Shown: positions 1 to 13,270 of the stretch, piece by piece | How the letters are laid out: each line of letters begins with the position of its first letter | Numbering within the stretch: the first letter of the stretch is position 1 | Origin: the human T2T-CHM13v2.0 reference genome, Homo sapiens | Strand: one strand, 5' to 3' | Length of the DNA stretch: 64,000 nucleotides | NCBI RefSeq assembly: GCF_009914755.1 | Contig: NC_060932.1 | Notes under the pieces: model-generated | Seen by the model: the letters and a program-made list of their open reading frames with translations, nothing else | What the model was told of the DNA's origin: nothing | Databases searched by the model: none | Translations under genes and position numbers: made by a program

Positions 1-956
1 CAGATACGACCTCAGAGGACCCTAGTGGGATCACAGCCAGTAGAGAGATGCTCTCCAGGGGCCTCTGGCAGCAGGCGACCCTGAAGCCCACAGAAAAGAC
101 CCCAATGGTAATGATCACAACATTATTATTATTACTGTTTTTGACACTTCAGTCCTAACTTACATACCTAGGATGTTTTACATTCAATTAGCACTTATGT
201 CTATTAGTTTATTTGAACATCACCATACCCGTGCAATTGAGCCGAAGCTGGTCTTATTTTTCCTATTTTACTGATTTGTAAATAGAGGGCCAGTTAAGTG
301 AGGTGCTTAGTGGCAAACCTGGAATCCTAATCAAGACTCTCCACCTCTCAGGTCAAAGACTATTTTACTATAAATATATCCGTCCTCCTCACTGATTGTT
401 CCTGAAGAACCAGGCTAGTTTGGGGCCAACTTAAAGAGGAGAATTCACCATCCATGCCATTGACATGAGCTGGCAGTGGCATGGCTGCTGCAGCCTGAGC
501 ACTCTCTCCTTGAGATGCTGTAGGGAACAAGAAGTCCTACACACCACCCACAGGAGGCTGCACTAGGTCAAGGGTTCCCAGACTTTGGAATCTGATGGAT
601 CAGTACAGTTTCAAAGAATATTCGTAAGGTTCCCAATTTTGTGTTTTGTAAAGTAAGAACACACACAAAAAAACAAATACTAAGAAAAACTCGACCATAT
701 AATATCCCAAAGAAAGAATATGTCAGCATTTCCTCCAAATGCCCCATAAAGGAGAAATAATTCAATGTGAGATAAAGGATATTCCCTGCAAGATAGCAAA
801 GTGAGGACCTTACACTGACACACATCCCATTCAGGGCTGCTGTGTATGTTTGTACAGGTTGTGCAGTGCACAACTCCAGTGTTGGGGGTGCCATTCACTA
901 GAATTGTCCCTATTTTGCCTTTTTTTTCTCATTTTCCCATAGACCAGCAGAAACTC

Positions 957-1264
957 TTTTTTTTTTTTTTTTTTTTTTTTGAGAGATGGAGTCTCAATCT
1001 GTCGCCCAGGCGGGAGTGCAGTGGTGTGATCTCATCACTGCAACCTCCGCCTCCTGGGTTCAAGCAATTCTCATGCCTCAGCCTCCTGAGTAGTTGGGAC
1101 TACAGGTGCATGCTGCCATGCCTGGCTAATTTCTTTCGTATCTTAGTAGAGACGGGGTTTCACCGTGTTGCCCAGGCTGGTCTCAAACTCCTGAGCTCTG
1201 GCAATCCGCCCAACTTGGCCTCCCAAAGTGCTAGGATTACAGGTGTGAGCCACCAAGCCCAGCC
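957..1264 (-). mobile_element. Full-length Alu
   Basis: Poly-T followed by reverse Alu consensus; flanks gaaactcttt/gaaattcttt resemble a TSD. Confidence 0.95.
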
Positions 1265-1439
1265 TGGAAATTCTTTTTAAGAGGTAAACTGGCAGGTTGG
1301 AATACCTTCTATGATGTCAATTCTGTAATCTGCTGTGCTCCAAGGGAATATAGAAACCATCTGGTCCAGAAACTTCAAGGTGTGCTTCAAGAATCACAAG
1401 GGAATCTACCAGGTCTTTTCAAGGGCCACTTACTCTAAG

Positions 1440-3838
1440 CAGAGCACTAGTCCTTTTTGTCCGATAGCCTTACGTGCAAGCATTTGTTGAAGAAAGCATT
1501 TTGCAATAACACATTATTATTAACTAAAGTCCACATTTCACTTGATTTCCTTAGTTTTTACTTAATAACCTTTTTATCTTCCAGCATCCCCTCCACATCC
1601 TACCCCAGCCACATTTTAGTTGTCATGTCTCTTTATGCTCCTCTTGGCAGGACAGCTTCTTAGACTTTCCCTGTTTGCAATGACCATGACAGTTTTGAAG
1701 AGTACTGGTCAGGCATTTTGTCCTTCAACTGGGATTTGTCTGATATTTTCCTCAGGATTAGGCTGGTATTACGGGTTTTGAGGAAGAAGACTACAGAGGT
1801 AAACTGCCGTTTTCATCATATGTCAGGGGTATATACTATCAACATGACATCACTGTTAATGTTGACCTTGATCACCTTGCTAAGGTAGTATTTGCCAGCT
1901 TTTTCCACTCTGGTCACTCTTTTTCTACACTTTCTTATTATGCTGTTTGAAAGAAAGTCACTATGTATAGTCTACACTTCAGAAGTGGGGTGTTATGCTC
2001 CACTTCCTTGAGGGCGGAATATCAATATAAATTACTTAGAATTCTCCTGCACTGAAGGTTTTTCTATTCTCCCCCCATTTATTTATTTAATCATTTATTT
2101 TTATCAGTATGGACTCATGAATATTTACTTTATACTTTGGGTTATAATCCAGTAGTTTCTTCCTCCCTCCCTCTCTCTTTTCCTCCCTTCCTTCCTCCCC
2201 TCCTTCCTTTGCTTAAATTCTTCCAGCTTTGGTCACTGGGAGCTCTTTCAGTGGGTTCCTGTGTCCCTTTGATAGATCCTCATCATTATGAACTCTTTTT
2301 TAAGACTTTCTTGCTTTTTGTCATTACAAAGTTTATTTCGTATATTCACTGCCCAGTTGTGAATCAGCTGTTTCTCCAAGGAGCTCTGATTCCTTTTATT
2401 GGAGAATGGTATTAGCAACCAAGATCTGGGCACTAGGTATGCTGTTGCTACCAGAGTGTTATTGCTTCTAGATCCTCTCAACTGACAAAAGAAGGAATAT
2501 ATGTGTATACACATGGATATACATATATATGTATATATAATATATATGTATATGTGTAGGTATACTGACCAATCTATATATACATATCCATAAATATTTC
2601 TAATATAACCACCTGTATCTATATTAAACTAAACGTGAGTTCATACGGATGTCTCCAACTCTAATTCATCACTGCATCATTCTAGCATTCCGCTCTATTA
2701 ATCTGTAACCTCCCACATCAACAGTGAGAAACTTGACTCCTTCTGCTCACCAGTCATTTACTTAATTGTTACATTCCAGTATTCATGATGGTGGTATCAG
2801 AATTGTTGACCTGTAACCTCATAGGAAGCAACTTTATCAACTAGAATACAATGTTTATGTGTAGTTTTTTTGCCTTTGGTCTTAACAGATTCCACTCATT
2901 TTTAAAACATATTAGGTCACTAACTTTTTTCCCTGTCTCCTTCAGTGAGGTTGTCTCATATATTTGTGATACAGTTAGACTGTTTTGACACAGTCTTCAT
3001 TCCATCCTGTCATCTACTGACCTCCTGTTACTTGCATATATTAACATTCACTTTTTGTGTGTTAAGTTCTACGCGTTTTGACAAATGCATAGTATCATGT
3101 ATTCATCATTAACATATCATACAGAATAGTTCCACTACCCTAAAAAAAACTGTCTGCTTTACCTATGCAACTCTCGCTTTTCCCTACCTTCCAAAACCTC
3201 AGGCAATCACTGATTCTTTAGCCTTCTCTGTAGATTTTCCTTTCCCAGAATGTCATGTAATTGGAATCATAGAGTATATAGCCTTTCGAGCTGGCTTCAT
3301 TCACAATATACATTTAAGCTTCCTCCATGTCGTTCATGCCTTGATGGTCTATTTCTTTTTATTACTAAATAATATTCCATTGTATGGCTGTATCACAGTT
3401 TGCTTATTCATTAACAAATGTTCTATTGAAGAACAAGTCGACTGTTTCTAGCTTTTGTCAATCATGAATAAAGCTGCTACAAACTTTCATGTGGAGGTTT
3501 TTAATGTGGACATATGTTTCCAGATCAATTGGGTTATTTACCTAGGAGCACGATTGCTAGATCAAACGATAAGACTGGTCTTCACTTTGTAAGAAACTGC
3601 CACAGTGGCTGTATCATTTTATATTCTCACTGGCAATGAATGAGCCTTCTTGGTGCTCCACACATTTGCCAGCAATTGGTATTGCCAGAGTTTTTGGATT
3701 TTAAATAGATGTGTAGAGCTCTCCATTGTTTGAATGTGTAATTCTCCAATGGCCGAAGATGTTAAGCATCTTTTCATATGCTTCATTGCCATTTGTGTAT
3801 CTTTTTTGATGAGGTGTATGTTTAGATCTTTTGCTTAC
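1440..3838 (-). mobile_element. Old L1 (L1MC-like) 3' region
   Basis: Reverse L1MC-type 3'UTR motifs (gggatttgtctgatattttcctc..., tttccagctttggtcactgggagc), T-rich. Confidence 0.7.
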
Positions 3839-3839
3839 T

Positions 3840-4685
3840 TTTTATTGTGGCAAAATATATGTAACATAAAATTACAATTTTAATCATTTTAAGTGTACAG
3901 TTCACTAGCATTAAGTACATTCATAAAATTATGCAACCATCACCAACATCCATCTCTAGTACTTTTTTTAATCTTCTAAAACTAAAATTCTATACTCATT
4001 TCACAATAACTCCCCATGCTTTCCTCACCATAGCATCTAGTAACCGTGATTCTTCTTTCTCTATGAATTTGACTACTCTATGAACTTCATATAAGTGGAA
4101 TAATAAAATAATCTGTCACTCTGTGTCTGGCTTATTTCACTTAGCATATTGTCTTCAAAGTTCATGTTGTAGCACATGTCAGAATTTTCTTCGTTTTAAA
4201 GGCTTAATAATATTTAGTTATATGCATAGAGCACATTTTGCTTATTCACTCATTGTTCATGAACACTTGGGTTGCTTCTACATATTGGCTGTTGCAAATA
4301 ATGCTACTATGAACCTAGGTATACGAATACCTCTTTGAGTGCCTGCTTTTAAATATTTTGAGTATATACCTAGAAGTGGAATTGCTGGATGATATGGTAA
4401 TTCTAAATTTAATATTTTCAAGGAAGCATCATCCTGATTTCCATAGTGGCTGTAGCATTTTATATTCTCACCAATAGTATACAAGCTTTTTAATTTCTTC
4501 ACATCCTTGCCAACACTTGTTATTTTCTGGTTTTATGGTTAGTAACCATCCTAATGGATGTGAGATAGTATCTCATTGTGGTTTTGATTTGGGTTTTTCT
4601 AATGATTAGTGATGCTGAGCATCTTTTCTTGTGCTTGTTCGCCAATTATATACTTTCTTTGAAGAAATGTCTGTTTAAGTTCTTT
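3840..4685 (-). mobile_element. L1MB-like 3' end nested in the older L1
   Basis: A fresh L1 3' terminus (ttattgtggcaaaatatatgtaacataaaatt...aagtgtacagttc) repeats ORF2-end motifs already seen at 3300-3830. Confidence 0.7.
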
Positions 4686-7095
4686 ACTTATGTTTTAGCT
4701 GGGTTGGTTGGTTGTTGTTGAATTGATTGCATATTTTTTAAAAGTGAGTTGTTTTTATAATGGTGGCTTATAGGGTTCTTTGTATGTTTTGTATATAAGT
4801 CATTTATTAGATAGTGTTTTGTAAGTATTTTCTCCCATTCTGTGACTTGGCTTTGGAATCTCTTAACAATAACTAACACAGAGCAGAATTATTTAATTTT
4901 AATAAAGTCCACTTATCAATTTATGTTCATGTATGTTTCTTTTTGTATTGTATCTAAGAACTCATCAGCAAACCCAAAGAAATGTAGATTTTCTCCAATG
5001 TTTTCTTCTAGAAATTTTCGTTTTGCATTTATACTTCATTTTATTCTCCATTTTGAGTTTATTTTAGTGAAAGGTGTAACATATGTCTAGGCTTATTTTT
5101 TATTTACTTGATATGAATACTCAATTTTTCCAGCACCATTGTTTGAAAAGACCATCTTCTCTTCACTGAATTGCCTCTGCTCCTTTGTTGAAGATCAGTT
5201 GACTATATTTGTGTGGTGCATTTCTGGACTCTATTCCTCTCTGTTGACTGATGTATCTATTCTTTCACCATTACCATGTTGTTTGATTACTGTCATGCTA
5301 TAGTATGTCTTGAAATTGGATTTTATTTGTTCTCCAACATTTTTTTCTTCTTTGTTATTTTGTTGACTATACTTGGTCATTGGCTTTCCATATATACTTT
5401 AGAATCATTTTGTTGGTGTCTACAAAATACCTTGCTGGGATTTTGATTAGATATGAATTTATAGAACAAGTTGGGAAGAATTGACAACTTAACAATGTTG
5501 AATATTCCAATCTGGAAACACAAAATATCTCTCCATTTATATAGATATTTTTATTTCTTTCGTAAATGTTTTGTCATTTTCCACACAGAGGTCTGGTACA
5601 TATTTTGTTAGATTTATACCTAAATATTTTAGTTTTGGGATGCTACTACAAATCATATTAATTTTTAAATTTCAAAGTTCAATTGTTCACTATTGGTATA
5701 TAAAAAAGCAGTGGACTTCTTGTGTTAATCTGTTTTCCAACAACTTTGCTATAATCACTTACGTTTTGGAAACTTTGGCCATCCTTTAGGATTTTTTTAC
5801 ATACACAAACATGTTGTCTATGAATGAAAACAGTTTTATTTCTTCCCAATCTGCATATATTTTTATTTCTTTTCTTTTTTCTTTGTTTTTCATTTCTTTG
5901 TTTGTTTTTCTTTGTCTTATTGCACTAGCTAGGATTTTTTGGTGTGATGTTGAGTAGAAGTGGTGAGAGAGGACATCTTTGCCTGGTTACTGAGCTTAGG
6001 AGAAAACATCATTTCACTTCATTAAATATGATGTTAGTTGTAGGTGTTTTTGTGTTTCTTATTAAGTTGAAAAAATTTCCCTTTATTTCCAGTTTGCTGA
6101 GAGTATTATCATGAATGTGTACTGTCAAAAGCTTTTTCTGCATCAATTGATATGATCATATTTTTCTTCTTTTATTTATTGATATAGTGATTTTGACTAT
6201 TTTCAAATGTAGAGCCAGCTTTGTATATCTGGAATAAATATCACTTGGTCATGGTGTATGATTCTGTTTATCCATTGTTGCATTTTATTTGCTAATATTT
6301 TGTTGAGAATTTTGGCATCTATGTTCATGAGAAATGTTATTCTGTACTTCCCTTTTGTCGTACTTTCTTATTCTAGTTTGGGTATTAGGGCAATACCAAC
6401 CTTATAGAATGAATTAGAAAGTTTCTTTCTGCTTCTATTTTCTAGAAAATATTGTGGATAATTGGTATCATTTTTTCCTTAAACATTTATAGAAGTCACT
6501 GGTGAAATCATCCAACCCTGGTGCTTTCTTTTCTGAAAGTGTATTAATTATTGACCCAAATTATCTAATAGATAAATATAGGCCTAGTCAGACTATCTAT
6601 TTCTCTTTTGGTAGCTTATGTCTTTTCAAGAAATTGGTCTATTTCATCTAAATCATCAAAAAAAGATGCATAATATTTGTTATCCTTTAACATCAGATTA
6701 CTAGTGATGACTTTTCTTTCTTTCTGATATTGGTGATTTGTGTCTTCTCTCTTTTTTAAAAAACTTGGTTAACCTGGAGAGAGGTTTATCAATTTTATTG
6801 ATATTTTCAAATAACCAGCATTTTTTCTATTGTTTTCCTGCTTTCAATTTTATTGATTTTTGTTCTAATTTTTATTATTTATTTCCTTCTGCTTTAAGCT
6901 TAAATTGCTCTTCTTTCTCTAGTTTCTTATGGTGGAGACTTAGAATTTTTTAATCTTAAATCTCTTTTATTTTCTAATATATGCATATAATGCTATAAAT
7001 TTCTCTTGCAGCACTGCTTTTACTGCACCAATTTCTGATAAGTTGTATTTTCATTTTTATTTAGTTCAACATATTCCTTTAAAATTTTTCTTCAG
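4686..7095 (-). mobile_element. Degenerate L1 ORF2 (continuation of the L1MC-like element)
   Basis: Reverse ORF2 motifs (ccagcaccattgtttgaaaagac, agaagtggtgagagaggacatc, gagaggtttatcaatttt); no long ORF remains. Confidence 0.8.
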
Positions 7096-7699
7096 ATTAG
7101 GAGAGCTCTCAAGGTGAGGGCATTCTAGGTTATGGGCACAGCCTGGTAAGGAGAAGTGAGAGAATGTGCCATGTTTATAAAACACAGATTTATTTCATAT
7201 GACAACAATAAAATATGGGAGTGGTGCCCAACAAGGAGAAAGACTTAAGAAGTGAGAGGACAGATCATGACCACCCTCATGTGTCATGATATAAAGTTCA
7301 GACTTTATCTCAGAAGTAATGGAGAACCAAACATTCTACTTATTAGTTTTCAATGTAGATACTACACTTCTATCAGAACTCTATGTTGTTAGGTATAAGA
7401 TTTATCACCCAGCATCTAATCAGTGTAGCTTATGAAGGACAATGGTCACAGTATCCTCATGTCAGGGAAATGTGGAATGCTAGTCCCTCATATACTACAG
7501 AAGCCTAAGCAAAGGAAACAGGATATGTTCCTCCTCCCCTAGGCTATACCAGGTTGTGCAGCTATACACACACAGTCTACTCCAGAATTTCCCCTTGCAT
7601 AATGTGCATCAGCATTTTTTACATCTGTCTTCCCTCACTGAGAGTTTGGATGAGAGTGCAGTGGGTCCTGACTTTTCTTCTTTAGCATTTCCAATGACA

Positions 7700-9100
7700 A
7701 AGCAAAATTCTAATTGCCTGTATTAAATCCCTTCCTGCTCAGAATACCTGGAGGGATTTATCTTTTCCTGAAACACATATGGTTTCAGCATTTGATACAG
7801 CATTTGGCTCCAAGAAACAGGACATCTGATGTGGGTTAGATTTGAAGGCGGTAATGGCCCCATCTCCAGTGGAAAATCAAATGTTGGGAGTGCTTGGCTA
7901 ATATTGGCTGTTTGACAAAGCATTATGAAAACAAATTGTGATCAGGGGACCATTAGCTGGTTTATAAGCAAAAATAAAAGGGATAGAATCCAGAAATATG
8001 GGACCTTGAAGGATCAGAAAACCTGACGGATTCTAAACAGGAATCAAATGGCAGAAAATATGATTGAGAAAATCTTTGATCTACATAGGCAAACAAGCAA
8101 ACAAACCAAACTTTGCAAGAAAGATCAGATTAAGAATGTGGCCTGTTCATATAACTCTGATAGTCTCAGTGAACTATGAAGTTGAGAGAGAAAGGCATGG
8201 GGAGGAGGAAGGGGAGGAGGAAGCAAAGAAATAAGGTAGGCTTGAAAAATACATCCAGGAAAGATCTTTGGATGTGGTGATTGGCACTTGGAACTGATTG
8301 GAAGCAAAAAGTTTAGAAGTTGACGAAGATTTTGGGAGGATTGTATTATCAAAGAAAACACGTCTAGACAAAAAAAATCCTTAACAATGTGATAATTTAA
8401 CAACCATTAAAACAAGCCATTGAACCTCCAACCTTCCATAAGCAAAGATTATGGAAGCTCCAAAAATTATACAGCCCCCAAAAAGAGCTTCTTCTCAACA
8501 GCTACTTCAAATGTGCTCCCGGAAGATAGGAAGCAAGGAAAAAGCTCCCAGAGAGTTAAGTCAGGGCCATTGAGGAAAACGAACATGGTAGTTCTACTGA
8601 AGGAGCAGCATAAAAGTCTAGGGAATTCACCCTCTGCTAGGGCAAGAAAGCTTCACAATGTCTGCACTGCACTCAGGATTTCCACCTTGCTATGGTCCAG
8701 CAACTGTTGTATGCCTTCTTTTCTCTCCTTTTATGAATGGGAGACATCACTGTGTAATTTCTATCTCTGTGGCACCATTGGACATGAGGAGAAAGAAATA
8801 ATTAGTAATTTTAGTTTATAAGTCCCCAGATCTTTAAATCTTCTGTGTGGTCTTCCATGCCACCTGTCTCTTTCCTACCTGCAGGCTGGAAGTTAACACC
8901 CAGGATGACCTTGAGAATCTTGCACTGCATGTGGCAGTACCCACTAACCTGGGTCCCTGAATGACCATGTGGAACAAAGCCTTCTGCTGATCCACATTAT
9001 ATGGTGATATGAGAGAGAAATAAATATTTATTGTTTTAGGATATAAAAATTGTGAAGTTGTTTCTTACAGCAACTGGGGTTAATTACCCTGACTAATAAA
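7700..9100 (+). mobile_element. MLT1-type MaLR internal remnant plus LTR 3' part
   Basis: The LTR end cctgggtccctgaatgacc...gagagaaataaat...taccctgactaata is typical of MLT1; the internal part is less certain. Confidence 0.55.
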
Positions 9101-10224
9101 CACATTGAGCAACTATCTAAAGCCATGCAACAACTCAGAAAAAAATAAGCCCTGAGCCCCGGTCTCTTGATCCTAGTCCACTAAGTTTTCTACCCTTGGA
9201 CTATGTTTTGTGCTGAATCTAAAATGACAGGGAACTCACTCCCTCGAGGCCCATCTTTATTCACTAGAATAATGGCATGGTCCTGTTGTTTTTCAGCTGA
9301 CCAATCTTGTCCAGGTTAGTGAGCATGATGGAGGCATGGTCTGCTGACCCAATTTCTTTCCCTCTCCTGTGTTGAAAGATTTTATGAAGGACTGTAACTA
9401 CACAATCACCTTCCTCCTTTATGAGCTTAGACAACATTTCCCCCTTTTTTATTACATTTACTGTCCTTGCTTGCCAAGGCACTTTTATGACTGTGGGAGC
9501 GATTGCCTCACTCTTGAGAAACTCGGGAATATCCCTCAGTGCTTCATATACCTTGTCACAATATTTTTAACAGCAATTCTTCTTGTGTTTCTCTGTGAGA
9601 ACCTCTCGCCAGCATCTCCCCTGATGACACTGTGAGGGGCTAGAGGGCTCTGGCAGCCAGCATTGCCATTCTTGCAGCAGCAGCAGCAGCAATAGCTATT
9701 TCCCAGGGCTACGTCCACACCCAGCCTCTCTGCTGTCTTAAACTTGCCACCCATGGTCTCCTCCTGAATGTAAAGCCTTGTGGTTGGAGTTTGGGGCTTT
9801 CTTTGCATAGGAAGGGAAAAGAAATGCATCATCCTGAAATAAAATATGAGGTTCAGAGGAGCAAGAGCAAATGCACATCCTTATATGGAGGTTACTAGCA
9901 GCCATTATATTAACAGCAAGCATTTGTTTACAAAGTACTTTCATATGTAATCAATTTCTACCTGGTACAACAGTCTGGGGATGGGGACATTATAATTTGG
10001 TGCGTGATCTTCAAGATTCAGACCTTATTGGTCACCCGGGGAAGGCTCTGCCACCTCCACCATCATCCCCACTTTATTTAGATGCCTTTGTCTTGCCTGT
10101 GTTCTCCCATAATACCCAATGCTTATCTCTCTTACAATATGTATCTGTTTTGAGAACAAAGAAGCCATTCATCTCTAAATCTCAAACACCCTAACCAGTG
10201 TCCGACACATAGAGAGCAATCAAT

Positions 10225-10945
10225 ATTCATTAATCCAACATCAATTGAGCACCTACTATATGCCAGGTTCTGAATTAGGCATGGATGACACATGGTGAAT
10301 AACACACACAAAGCACCTGATCTCAGGGAGGTTTAATTCATGGGGGAAGACATACAAGAAAGGTGTTTAAAAAAGTAAACAAGAAGGAGCATGTCTAGGA
10401 GTGACAACTGTCATGGAGACAATATGGCGGTAATGGTCAATGGTGAATGGGCAAGGAGGGGAAACTTGGTGGCTAAGGAGCCTCTTTAAGGGAAGATGTG
10501 TGAACTGAAAACTGAATGAAGGGAAAGAGGGAGCAGGAAAGATGTGAGTAAAGAAGAGTTCAGACAAAGGGAACAGCCAAAGTCCTTGCTGCATGAGAGG
10601 AATAGCACGGACAATGTTGCCAGGTTGGAATGAGCCTCAGTAGATGAAGCTAGACAGGCAGCTGGGGACCAGGCCATGCCAGGAGCCATGAGCCATCATT
10701 CTGAGAACAAAAGGAAGCCATTGCAGGGTTCAAGCAGGGGAGCATCATGATTTGGCTCGTGTTTAGAATGATCCCTCTAGACTGCTGGGTGGGGAGTGGA
10801 GGGCAGTGTTAAGAGTGGCCACAGGAACACCAGAGAGGAGTCTGCGGCTCCCAGCAGGTGCTGAGGGTTTGGATGAAGGCATGGGGTGGGACTGAGATGT
10901 GTTTTCAAGGCAGAGCTTCCCAGAGCACAGTATCCTGCTGAGATG
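10225..10945 (-). mobile_element. L2 3' fragment
   Basis: ttcatt...ttgagcacctactatatgccagg; ggaagccattgcagggttcaagcagggg. Confidence 0.7.
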
Positions 10946-11294
10946 GAGATAATCCAACCCCAAGCACTCGATGACATTTGTAAAGCATCTACCACACGGC
11001 AAATGCTTTATATTTGTTACTTCATCCTCGCATTTATATAACATTTATGGATCATCCTAGAGGTCAGGCACTAGGAGGTAGAAATTATTGTCTCCATTTC
11101 AACACTTGGGAAATTCCGTGTCAGGAAGAGATGTAGCCAAAGCCCCTGAACTGGAAACAGGATACAGGTCTAGCTCCAATGTGCATGCCATTTCAATTAC
11201 ACGAAACTATATTCCCTCCTACAGTTCTCTGTGAGGTAGAAACTCCCGGGGCCTTATCTCCTTCCTAAAATCACTATAACTATGAAGAGTAATC

Positions 11295-11450
11295 CTACCT
11301 GACATTCCCTGAACACTTACTATGTACTGGGCTGTGAGCCTGGAGAATGATGTACATCATCTCATTTAACTCTTGACAAGCCTGTGCCGAGAGGATGGAA
11401 CTGAGGATCAGAGAGCTAATTAATTTGTCCAAGGTCACCCAGAAGTGACC
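11295..11450 (-). mobile_element. MIR
   Basis: gaacacttactatgtac...ctcatttaactc...taatttgtccaaggtcac. Confidence 0.65.
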
Positions 11451-11648
11451 TTGCAGAATAGTAACAATGCAGAATATTTGCTGGTAATACAAAAAATGAC
11501 TTAGTAGTAGAAACAGATTTTAAAACCCGGCTCTGTTGGGCTCTTTGCCATCATGATTTTCTGTCTCCAGTGATACACAAATAGCATTTGTATTGCTCCC
11601 TGCTGTGTGGTGCTTTCTCAGAAATCACAGCAACTCCTGTAGGAGTTA

Positions 11649-11695
11649 TTAAGGTTGGTGCAAAAGTCACTGTGGTTTTTCCTATGACTTTTAAT
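11649..11695. mobile_element. Half MADE (mariner-derived MITE)
   Basis: taaggttggtgcaaaagtcactgtggtttttcctatgacttttaat matches one arm of MADE1. Confidence 0.7.
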
Positions 11696-12554
11696 AGACT
11701 GTGGGCCAGATCAGGCTCAGGTAACCAAAGGACCTAGAGACAGGAGGAGGCAGGGCTGACGCGGATGCCCGCCGAGGCTCCCGCTTGTCCCACTGTCTTG
11801 TTTTTCAGAAGTAAAGCAGAAACACAGCCCAGGGTTTACCCATGTGGGTCAACTTTCAGTAAGCACATCAAAGCACCTGAAAATATATCCCAGACAGATC
11901 TTTTCAGGCTTACATAGGAGAAACACCCCTGAAAATATTGACAACATTGCCAATGAAAGTGTTGAGCCACTTTTGCAAGTGACCCAAGACTAAAACTTTT
12001 TTTCTTCTTTGCCCAGAATGGCGTCCCCTTCATCTGTCTTACATTGTAATCAGATACAACCTTGATAGAATGAAAGCAGAGGTCACACTGAACAAACTGC
12101 TACTTTACGTGCTCAGAAAAAGGCTCCTTTGTAACAGGGAAATTACAGCATCTCTATAGAGGGATTTTTCTTAAAAAGACAGGCTGCTTTGTTCAAATGG
12201 TGCTGATTTCAGCACTGTGAGGAGATGGCCCTTTCAGACTGTCGACCTGCTGAAATTTGTGGAGTTCCTTTTGTTTGTAGAAACTTGCATATATTACAGG
12301 CAGTGTATTAAAATAGAAATTGTAAACCATTGTTAGGCAATGTTTTGATTGTCCAAAAAAAGTCAGATGAAATATAAACTGGTTCCCAATTTACAGTTTG
12401 CTTAGTGTCAGACGTCATATAGGCATGTATAAAATAGAGATCAACAGATCTCTGTTGCTGCAATCATGTTGATCCTCTTAAAAGGAGAGTCAATATTTTT
12501 AAGCAATAGTATTTTAGATCATAGTATTAGACTTGCATTTAAAAGGAAAACAAC

Positions 12555-13270
12555 AGGGTATATGCCCCAAAGAAAGGAAATCAGTATATCAAAGAAATAG
12601 CTACACGCCTATGTTTGTTCCTGCACTGTTTACAATAGCTAAGATTTGGAAGCAACATAAGTATCCATTAACAGATAATTGGATAAAAGAAATGTGGTAC
12701 ACATACACAGTGGAGAACTATCCAGTCATAAAAAAAGAATGAGATCCAGCCATTTGCAACAGCATGTATGAAACTGGAGATCATTATGTTAAGTGTATCT
12801 GATAAGCCAGGCACAGAAAGACAAGCATCACATGTTCCCACTTATTTGTGGGATCTAAAAATCAAAACAATTAGAGTTCATGAACATAGACAGTAGAAGG
12901 TTGGTTTCCAGAGGCTGAGAAGGGTAGTGGGAGGCTGTGGGGAGGTGGGGATGGTTAATGAGCACCAAAAAAATAGAAAAAAATGAATAAGTCATACTAC
13001 TTAATAGCACAACAGGGTGACTAAAGTCAATAATAACTTAATTTCACATTTTAAAATAACTTAAAGAGTGCAATTGGATTGTTTGTAACTCAAAGGATAA
13101 ATGCTTGAGGAGATGGACACCCCATTCTCCATGATGTGCCTATGTCACACCACATGACTGTATCAAAACATGTCAGGTACTCCATAAATATATACACCTG
13201 CTATGTACCCAGGAAAATTATAAATTAAAAACATAAATTAACAAATGGTAAATTAGAACATTTAAAAATG
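12555..13270 (+). mobile_element. 5'-truncated L1MA-type 3' end
   Basis: ORF2 C-terminal remnant plus L1MA 3'UTR and A-rich tail; candidate TSD taaaag(g/a)aaaacaa. Confidence 0.85.

Noticed and set aside
846-1280. Alu-derived ORFs (also 15285-15574, 28383-28953, 40208-40508, 63018-63790)
   Set aside because: Typical Alu translations such as [17 protein letters not shown].
9674-9690. (CAG)5 repeat
   Set aside because: Too short and non-coding.
12208-12231. REST/RE1 site (ttcagcact...)
   Set aside because: Only the left half-site matches; the right half GGACAGCGCC is absent.
12533-12742. L1 ORF2-like peptides (also 4278-4502, 29091-29279)
   Set aside because: Dead, truncated L1 fragments, not genes.
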